A DNA stretch of 43,396 bases from positions 1-43,396 of the forward strand of contig CAYMED010000019.1 in NCBI GenBank assembly GCA_964389655.1, written 5' to 3'. Position 1 is the stretch's first letter. Each line of letters starts with the position of its first letter. Below the pieces are notes generated by a model. It had not been told where the DNA came from and ran no database searches. It worked only from the letters and a program-made list of their open reading frames with translations. This stretch comes from an uncultured Candidatus Poseidoniales archaeon (lineage in GTDB: Archaea > Thermoplasmatota > Poseidoniia > Poseidoniales > CAYMED01). Of this stretch, positions 37,570 to 43,396 are shown one piece after another. A program made the translations under genes and the position numbers.

Positions 37570-37719
37570 TTCTAGATGTCCTCAGTATTTCGGTGTAGAG
37601 TTATACTACATTTGTATTTCTAGCAAAAATGAGCCCCTATGGTTTGTATTAGTTCAATCCCGTACAACAGGATGATGAGTATCCACTTTCTTGCTTGTAA
37701 CACTTTTTTTCGATAATGA

Positions 37720-38811
37720 TCATTCAACAACTGAATCGCGCCTAAAACTGACTGCAGCCATTGCTAGAAGAATTATTGTTTCCACGGCACCCACTGGAAA
37801 AAGTAACAGTGATGATTCATCATTGTCATCTGGAACCTCGTCGTGCAAATCCATCGATTCGTAATCATCGACCTCGATCATGAACCATTCGAGATCACGA
37901 GGTAAATCTTCGGTGAGGAATTCATGTCCATCGGAATTGACTAGAAAGTCATCCTCAATTCTAACTCCAAACCAGCCGTCTAAATATATCCCTGGTTCAA
38001 CAGTCACTGCATCCCATACAGCGAGTGGTTGCTGATTGTATGTCAATCCAAAAAGAGGGTCATCTGTACCACTGGAGAGCAATGGGGGTTCATGAACACA
38101 GATTCCAAACCCATGACCTAAACTGTGGATGAAGTAATCCCCATAGCCTTGTTCTTCAATATGTGTTCTTGCGATATCATCAGGGATCCAAGCAGGCGTT
38201 CCTGCCTCAATAACAGGGAATGTGAGGTTTTGAGCATCGTAGACTGCCATGTAAACTTCAATGATCGTTTCATTATTGGTCGGCCCCACAATATATGTTC
38301 TAGTGACATCACTGACCCAGTCATTTACTCTAGCACCTAGATCAACCACAACCACATCACCAATTTCAACCACCTTTGGGCCGGCTCCGTTGTTTTCTGG
38401 ATCTCCATGTGGAATTGCCCCGTTTTCTCCGCTAGCGACGATTGTGTCAAAACTTTTCCAGTTTGGATTGGAGCCATTTTCTTCCATGGATCGATCAATT
38501 TCTAGGGCAACTTCTTCTTCTGTAAATACCTCCCCCATCAATACTCGCCATAGCATATGCCGTGCTGTTTGATGACCAATTCCAGCAAGGTTCGCAGTTT
38601 CACGAATCGAATCATCTTTGTCGGGAGAAATTCCAGTTGGGGATGGGAATTGGCCAGTGAGTGCATTTGCAACTTCGGTTTCACAAGCAGCTACACTTGG
38701 AGCGGCCATTAGTAGACCGATAAAGGCGACAATGAGAACTCGCACAGTCTTGACACCCCTCAACACAACATCGGTGACGGCTAGACCTTTGTCATTTTTC
38801 CCATTTTCCAA
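37720..38811 (-). CDS. Exported M24 (Xaa-Pro aminopeptidase-like) metallopeptidase, catalytic domain only, C-terminal anchor
   Basis: IPHG, VVVDLG, SDVTRT, HSLGHGFGICVHE, TVEPGIY, GVRIED; hydrophobic leader ending VAAC; hydrophobic tail ending RR. True start is probably downstream of 38811. Confidence 0.9.
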   Translation of the reverse strand: MENGKNDKGLAVTDVVLRGVKTVRVLIVAFIGLLMAAPSVAACETEVANALTGQFPSPTGISPDKDDSIRETANLAGIGHQTARHMLWRVLMGEVFTEEEVALEIDRSMEENGSNPNWKSFDTIVASGENGAIPHGDPENNGAGPKVVEIGDVVVVDLGARVNDWVSDVTRTYIVGPTNNETIIEVYMAVYDAQNLTFPVIEAGTPAWIPDDIARTHIEEQGYGDYFIHSLGHGFGICVHEPPLLSSGTDDPLFGLTYNQQPLAVWDAVTVEPGIYLDGWFGVRIEDDFLVNSDGHEFLTEDLPRDLEWFMIEVDDYESMDLHDEVPDDNDESSLLLFPVGAVETIILLAMAAVSFRRDSVVE

Positions 38812-39768
38812 TCATTCATCAATTCCGATAACAGGTCCTCGATTCACCCATTTCTGCGCTATATCTGCATAATACAATCCTCGTGCAAAAGCTACTGAAG
38901 CAAAACCATGCGCAAGAACAGCAGCAGTGGGGGGAATTTCACCGGTCCAATATACCCAAGTCCCCCGACTTGTTCCCCAATACTCGAGAAAATAGCCCAA
39001 GCAAGAACCGATGATGAAAAGAGATGCATCTTCTCTTGGCTTGGCACCAACAAACGTCACAACAGCAAGGAGAAAAAGAACACATTGCGTACTCCACATG
39101 CTCCATGTTGGTCGAACAAACCAGCCCATGATTCCGAGAAAACCGATCATAAATATCCATGAAAAATACTGAGCATGGGGGTGCCATCGATTTGCCCGCA
39201 GCAAACGGCACAGCCGTTCTACTGTTAACGCGGCAATCGGCCAGGCTGGAAGGATCCAAAATGGCGGCTTTTCATTGCTGAAGTAAACCCATAATTCTGT
39301 GATTGTTCCCCATGCTTCAATCATTAGTCCACCTAAAAGGCCAATGAGGAGTAAAGGAAGATCGAGATGAATATCGAAATCTGCTACAACAAGACATACC
39401 ATAAATGCCCATAATCCCGCCAGTAACCAATCTATATTTGCCTCGTCATTGATCAGGAATGGGTAGCGTATTCGAATCAAAAAGAAAAGGAAAAAAAGCG
39501 CAACAAGGAGAGATGTTGGCTGTAAACTCGCTTCTCGTTGTGAAGAGTCATCCCGCTTATTTGCTTGAAAATAAATCATTCCTTCCCACACAATCATGAT
39601 TGCTAAAAGAGCAAGCAATACGAATGATGTATCAGTTGCAAGCGAGATCGGCATGATTCCTGATTTAATAATCAGCCAGATGAGAATAACTGAACCAAAT
39701 GCTGCCAATGGGTATGGAGGAGGTGGACGCTCTTGTCGAGCAAGAATAGTAGGCATAGTAGCACTCAC
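38812..39768 (-). CDS. Polytopic membrane protein with internal duplication (ExWGT...WVY...PP motif twice)
   Basis: About 9-10 TM helices; IEAWGTITELWVYFSNEKPP and LEYWGTSRGTWVYWTGEIPP. Confidence 0.75.
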   Translation of the reverse strand: MSATMPTILARQERPPPPYPLAAFGSVILIWLIIKSGIMPISLATDTSFVLLALLAIMIVWEGMIYFQANKRDDSSQREASLQPTSLLVALFFLFFLIRIRYPFLINDEANIDWLLAGLWAFMVCLVVADFDIHLDLPLLLIGLLGGLMIEAWGTITELWVYFSNEKPPFWILPAWPIAALTVERLCRLLRANRWHPHAQYFSWIFMIGFLGIMGWFVRPTWSMWSTQCVLFLLAVVTFVGAKPREDASLFIIGSCLGYFLEYWGTSRGTWVYWTGEIPPTAAVLAHGFASVAFARGLYYADIAQKWVNRGPVIGIDE

Positions 39769-39779
39769 GCGAGATATTT

Positions 39780-40457
39780 TCAGGAATTAGAAAGGCCTAG
39801 GTTTTGAATAGCAAGTTGTACATGTTCATTTTCTGGAGCATGAATCTGTGCATTTGAAAGAAGAATTTGCATTTCGTCTGTACGATTCAACTTTGTGAGG
39901 AGTAAAGAGATGTGGAATACAAGATCAATATCATCTCCAAGGCTGGCTGCCAGCAATTCAAACTTTGATGTGGCCCCTTCTATATCCCCGGCGCGCGAAT
40001 ACTCCAGTGCTTCATGCAAGTACTTCCGCCGTTGCGAGGGGGAAAGGTGCTGGGTTTGTGGCCATGGCCAAATAGCAGGCTGTGGGATTTCTTCAGTCAC
40101 TTTTTTGAGCGCTAGTTGCGGGGCGTCTATGGGTGCCCCGTGTGAAGTTCCACCCCCCCTTTCTCGACGCATTTCTTGCCAATCAATGGCTTGCTTTTGC
40201 TGTGCTCCACGGAGTTGCTTGACGTCGATTTTATGGTCTAAGTTCTTGCTTCGTAATTGATTCCAATTCACATTTTTTGTATTCCCAATTTTTAACCATC
40301 GAATGATTTTTTTCCTAATTGTACCTGCTACTCCCATTCCAATCAGGAAAAGTACAAATGCCCCAAATGCTAAACTCACTTGAGCGGCGATCTGAGTCTC
40401 TGGGTCAAGGCCGTCGGTGATGCCAAAGAACCAATCAACCATCGTAGTTTTTGTCAT
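39780..40457 (-). CDS. Membrane-anchored protein with C-terminal TPR-like helices
   Basis: One N-terminal TM; ALEYSRAGDIEGATSKFE...AQIHAPENEHV TPR-like pattern. ATG 40457 preferred. Confidence 0.7.
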   Translation of the reverse strand: MTKTTMVDWFFGITDGLDPETQIAAQVSLAFGAFVLFLIGMGVAGTIRKKIIRWLKIGNTKNVNWNQLRSKNLDHKIDVKQLRGAQQKQAIDWQEMRRERGGGTSHGAPIDAPQLALKKVTEEIPQPAIWPWPQTQHLSPSQRRKYLHEALEYSRAGDIEGATSKFELLAASLGDDIDLVFHISLLLTKLNRTDEMQILLSNAQIHAPENEHVQLAIQNLGLSNS

Positions 40458-40499
40458 ATCATCCGTGCCTTTCAACATCACCCTACTGGATTTGAATGC

Positions 40500-41114
40500 A
40501 TGTCAGAAGAAACGCGTGATGTTTTTCGGGCGCCGCATCCAGCTCTCTGGCAAGAACGATATGCATCACCTGGATGTGATGAAAATCCCCTAAAATTGCT
40601 TTTCATAGGACATAATCCAAGCATAATTGCTTGGAATACGGGTCGTTTTTATGGAAATCCTTCCAATCGCTTTTGGAGACTCTTGACAGAATCCAAGATT
40701 CTCTCTCCAAATGTCTCAACCCCTTGTGATGACATCATGCCGGATGAATATGGCATGGGTTTTACGGATCTTGGCTGTGTACCCGGAAATAATGCCAATT
40801 CCTATAGAAGAGATACGATGATTCGATGGAGAAGTGATCTATGGGAGCGTCTTAAATCTCATGCAATACGTTCTGGTGCCGAACCAAAAATCATCGCATT
40901 CACAGGTATCCGCCAATGGAGTCAGTTGTTTGAACCGATTCAACCACGAACAAAATTTGGTATTCAAGATGAACATTTACGACCCCCTGGGTGGCCATAC
41001 GTAGATGCAGAAGTCTGGGTGTTACCATCTTCTTCGGGAAGGGCTGCATATACATTTAAAGAGCGTATTTTACCTTATCATGAACTTTCTGAGAGACTTG
41101 AAAAGATGGGTTAA
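40500..41114 (+). CDS. mug: Mismatch-specific uracil/thymine DNA glycosylase (MUG/TDG, UDG family 2)
   Basis: LLFIGHNPS, YGNPSNRFWRLL, GMGFTDL, PKIIAFTG, WVLPSSSGRAA. ATG 40500 avoids overlap with the divergent gene. Confidence 0.9.
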   Translation: MSEETRDVFRAPHPALWQERYASPGCDENPLKLLFIGHNPSIIAWNTGRFYGNPSNRFWRLLTESKILSPNVSTPCDDIMPDEYGMGFTDLGCVPGNNANSYRRDTMIRWRSDLWERLKSHAIRSGAEPKIIAFTGIRQWSQLFEPIQPRTKFGIQDEHLRPPGWPYVDAEVWVLPSSSGRAAYTFKERILPYHELSERLEKMG

Positions 41115-41770
41115 TCTCTTCGTTTATCGATTGGATCAAGGAAAATGAGAAGAGGAATTGAAACAATACCAAGGCCAATTTGCAGTACCGGGGCAATGGG
41201 TCTCATCTCAAAATTAAAGTCGCTTGGCTCAAACAGTTCACTCTGTGGAAGAACTTCAATCATTTCTTCTTCTATGCTTGATTGTTCGCCCGATGTTAGA
41301 GCAACGCCCCATACAATTGGGGTAAGAATGAGTAAAAGAGAGGGGAGAAAACGAACCCATTTCAATTTCATAGGTGGGCGGTTTGGACTTGGCCAAATTA
41401 GTAGGAGTATGAAACTTGAAGCAATCGTAGTTGCAACTAACATCCCTCGCGCCAACTCCGAGGATAGCAGCCGTTTTTCACATCTTGCAAATGCATTTTC
41501 AACCTCATCACAATCCGCACTCTTGAGATGAACTTGGGTGTCATAAACGATGTCCATATAAAGGAATGATACGGTAACATTGACTTCTTCAAGATCCATT
41601 TTGAACGATAGGGATTCAAGTAGACTCGCGCCTTCAAACGCGGCATCCGCCTCTAACCAAGTCATCCAAAATGATCCAATCGATACCGATGAAATTAATG
41701 CGAGTACGAGAAGAAGAATTGGTCTAGGTGGTTGGCCCATCTCGATTGCATCAAGAACCTCATCGCTCAT
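41111..41770 (-). CDS. Hypothetical four-TM membrane protein
   Basis: TM, extracellular loop with two Cys, three further TM segments; ATG 41770 or 41797. Confidence 0.65.
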   Translation of the reverse strand: MSDEVLDAIEMGQPPRPILLLVLALISSVSIGSFWMTWLEADAAFEGASLLESLSFKMDLEEVNVTVSFLYMDIVYDTQVHLKSADCDEVENAFARCEKRLLSSELARGMLVATTIASSFILLLIWPSPNRPPMKLKWVRFLPSLLLILTPIVWGVALTSGEQSSIEEEMIEVLPQSELFEPSDFNFEMRPIAPVLQIGLGIVSIPLLIFLDPIDKRRD

Positions 41771-41793
41771 TGGAATCACCAGAAGCTTTCGCC

Positions 41794-42669
41794 TCATTCT
41801 TCGCTATCGATCGCGCTAGAAGAATCTTCAAGCACAGAAGCGATTCGACCAATGACCCATTGCGCCTCTCGCCGAAACATATCACAACTAATTCGGCGAT
41901 CATCGAGTAAGAGAGCTAGGCGCCCAGAATTAGTAACATCTAGATCCCGAAATTCTGAAATTGGGTGTCTCCGGCTTCTTCCAGGTAAAAAACGCAGCAC
42001 TTTTGGATGTACTTCAACGCGCTCTGATGTAATGACAATTCTGTGCCGATGCTCAAAAAGACCTCCTGCACTATTCCCAAGAACAACAAGAATGATCCAA
42101 AATGGGATTGCTGCAGCAATCCCGGTCAATGCGGTTTGAAGTGATCCTTGAGCAAAGCCAACCATCAATCCGACTCCAGTAGATAGGAGCAGCAATCCAA
42201 GCAGAAGGCCGAAGGCAAATGTGTCTACTTTGGATGGAAGTTGAACATCTAATCCATCTTTTGTTCGACTGACAAAGGCGCGTAGACGCTCTGGGGCGCG
42301 GCAGCGCTCCCATCTTGAGGGGAAACGACGCATTTGGGTGACGACATCGAGGCCATGCTCATCAGCCTCAACAGAGCGGCCGGTGTGCTCTTCGAAACGG
42401 ACAGAGCAAGCTTCAGCAAGTTGTTCAACCGCCTCAAGGCAAGCACCTTCAGATGAACTATGAGTCAATTGCATCCACCGTTCTGACCCACTTGTCGTCG
42501 AAACTCGAACGTCGAGGCCATATTTTGGTGGAAGGCGTTTTGCACGCCTGGTTCGATAAGCAAGAATTCGGTCTCGGTCGACATTAAGTGGGTCATCCTT
42601 GATGTCTAGTTTTTTCTTGGAAAGGGCGATAATCCGACCGCCGAGGTCGATGGTGAGTGTCTCGGACAT
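41794..42669 (-). CDS. Hypothetical membrane protein (TM hairpin flanked by soluble beta-rich domains)
   Basis: 291-aa ATG ORF with two TM helices and a G-rich run just upstream. Confidence 0.7.
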   Translation of the reverse strand: MSETLTIDLGGRIIALSKKKLDIKDDPLNVDRDRILAYRTRRAKRLPPKYGLDVRVSTTSGSERWMQLTHSSSEGACLEAVEQLAEACSVRFEEHTGRSVEADEHGLDVVTQMRRFPSRWERCRAPERLRAFVSRTKDGLDVQLPSKVDTFAFGLLLGLLLLSTGVGLMVGFAQGSLQTALTGIAAAIPFWIILVVLGNSAGGLFEHRHRIVITSERVEVHPKVLRFLPGRSRRHPISEFRDLDVTNSGRLALLLDDRRISCDMFRREAQWVIGRIASVLEDSSSAIDSEE

Positions 42670-42756
42670 CGGACGTCATCCCCCCCTCAATCCCTTGAAC
42701 AATTCGCTCAAATTAGAACCGTAGTCATCTTCAGCAGAAGCCCCGTCATCGCGCCA

Positions 42757-43095
42757 ATGCGATTATTTCACAATCCGAGATGCTCGAAAAGCCGGCAAGC
42801 CCTTGCGCTTATGGATGGAAGAGATGTTGAAGTGGTTCAATATCTTAATACCCCTCTAACTGTTGAAGATTTACTCGAGATCATAGGACGACTTGACGAT
42901 CCCCTCCCCGATCTGGTTCGGACAGATGAAGTGGAATGGTCAGAATGTGGGCTTGAAAAAACAGACCTTAATGATGCTGAAAAGGTAGCGGCTGCAATTG
43001 TGTCTCATCCAAAATTAATGCAGCGCCCGCTTGTTGATACTGGAGAAAGTGCGTTCATCGCTCGTCCACCAGAACTCATTGAGCATCTAGATTGA
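42757..43095 (+). CDS. arsC: ArsC family (glutaredoxin-type arsenate reductase-like) protein
   Basis: HNPRCSKSRQAL, YLNTP, HPKLMQRP, ARPPE. Confidence 0.88.
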   Translation: MRLFHNPRCSKSRQALALMDGRDVEVVQYLNTPLTVEDLLEIIGRLDDPLPDLVRTDEVEWSECGLEKTDLNDAEKVAAAIVSHPKLMQRPLVDTGESAFIARPPELIEHLD

Positions 43096-43168
43096 GGTGA
43101 ATGAGCTGTTGCGAACTCGATGTATGGCACTTCTTTTTATCCGGATTTTCCTAATCCGTGTAATTTCA

Positions 43169-43396
43169 TCAAAAATATGTGACGAACAAATAGAATATGC
43201 CCGCACCTATCAGCCACCATTTGCCAGCCTCAAGTCCAGCTTTCGAACTGCCCTTTAGTGAAGCAGCCCAACTTTCCTCGCCAGAATCAGTCTTTAATAT
43301 CACAATAACCGAGATCAGTCCTATAATCGCAAAGATTACCCCGGAGGCATAATCACCATTGCCGGCAAACACGATTGTGAGTATGAAGCAGAGAAT
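43169..43396 (-). CDS. Small membrane protein, 5' end probably outside the window
   Basis: Hydrophobic ORF with two TM segments; the frame appears open to the window edge. Confidence 0.55.
   Translation of the reverse strand: MLCFILTIVFAGNGDYASGVIFAIIGLISVIVILKTDSGEESWAASLKGSSKAGLEAGKWWLIGAGIFYLFVTYF

Noticed and set aside
37570-37719. 150-bp intergenic region with a short TGTAG/CTACA inverted repeat, checked for tRNA or ncRNA
   Set aside because: No cloverleaf or T-loop motif; 5-bp arms are not significant.
40380-40499. N-terminal extension of the MUG ORF
   Set aside because: Overlaps the divergent TPR gene; ATG 40500 gives a normal-length enzyme.
43142-43158. Hairpin CGGATT-N5-AATCCG between convergent genes
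   Set aside because: Only a 6-bp stem; archaeal termination usually relies on T-tracts and this could be chance.
1-43396. Mobile elements, prophage or defence systems
   Set aside because: No transposase, integrase, phage structural, restriction-modification or toxin-antitoxin motifs recognised in the ORFs.

Overview
A gene-dense, roughly mid-GC archaeal chromosome segment, most consistent with Marine Group II Euryarchaeota (Poseidoniales, Thermoplasmatota). The archaeal call rests on the pus10-rpl21e-rpo4(rpoF)-DUF655-rsmA cluster; the lineage call is an inference from the many large Asp-rich TSP3-like repeat surface proteins, secreted peptidases and apparently leaderless genes. Contents: a NikR-fold regulator divergent from a ZIP transporter; four large Ca-binding-type repeat surface proteins (FG-GAP, GDSL hydrolase, beta-propeller, lipoprotein); an Lgt-like protein; DUF971; the translation/transcription cluster followed by an uncharacterised HhH/Zn-ribbon protein; an ABC exporter; a YHYH lipoprotein; an SDR; a PiT-DUF47 fusion divergent from a PhoU regulator with a palindrome between them; a sodium:solute symporter fusion; an iota-class (COG4337-like) carbonic anhydrase; M14 and M24 exported peptidases; a BNR-repeat lipoprotein; an acyltransferase-like membrane protein; GtrA; MUG glycosylase; ArsC; and several membrane hypotheticals. 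I recognised no rRNA, tRNA, CRISPR array or transposase. Most notable: (i) the NikR-like protein has a His-to-Cys change in its metal site and is paired with a ZIP gene (candidate zinc regulon); (ii) an archaeal Lgt-like gene sits in a window encoding several lipobox proteins; (iii) an iota-type carbonic anhydrase; (iv) a frameshifted paralog remnant and mosaic repeat genes point to active shuffling of surface proteins. All family calls are by motif recognition, not database searches.
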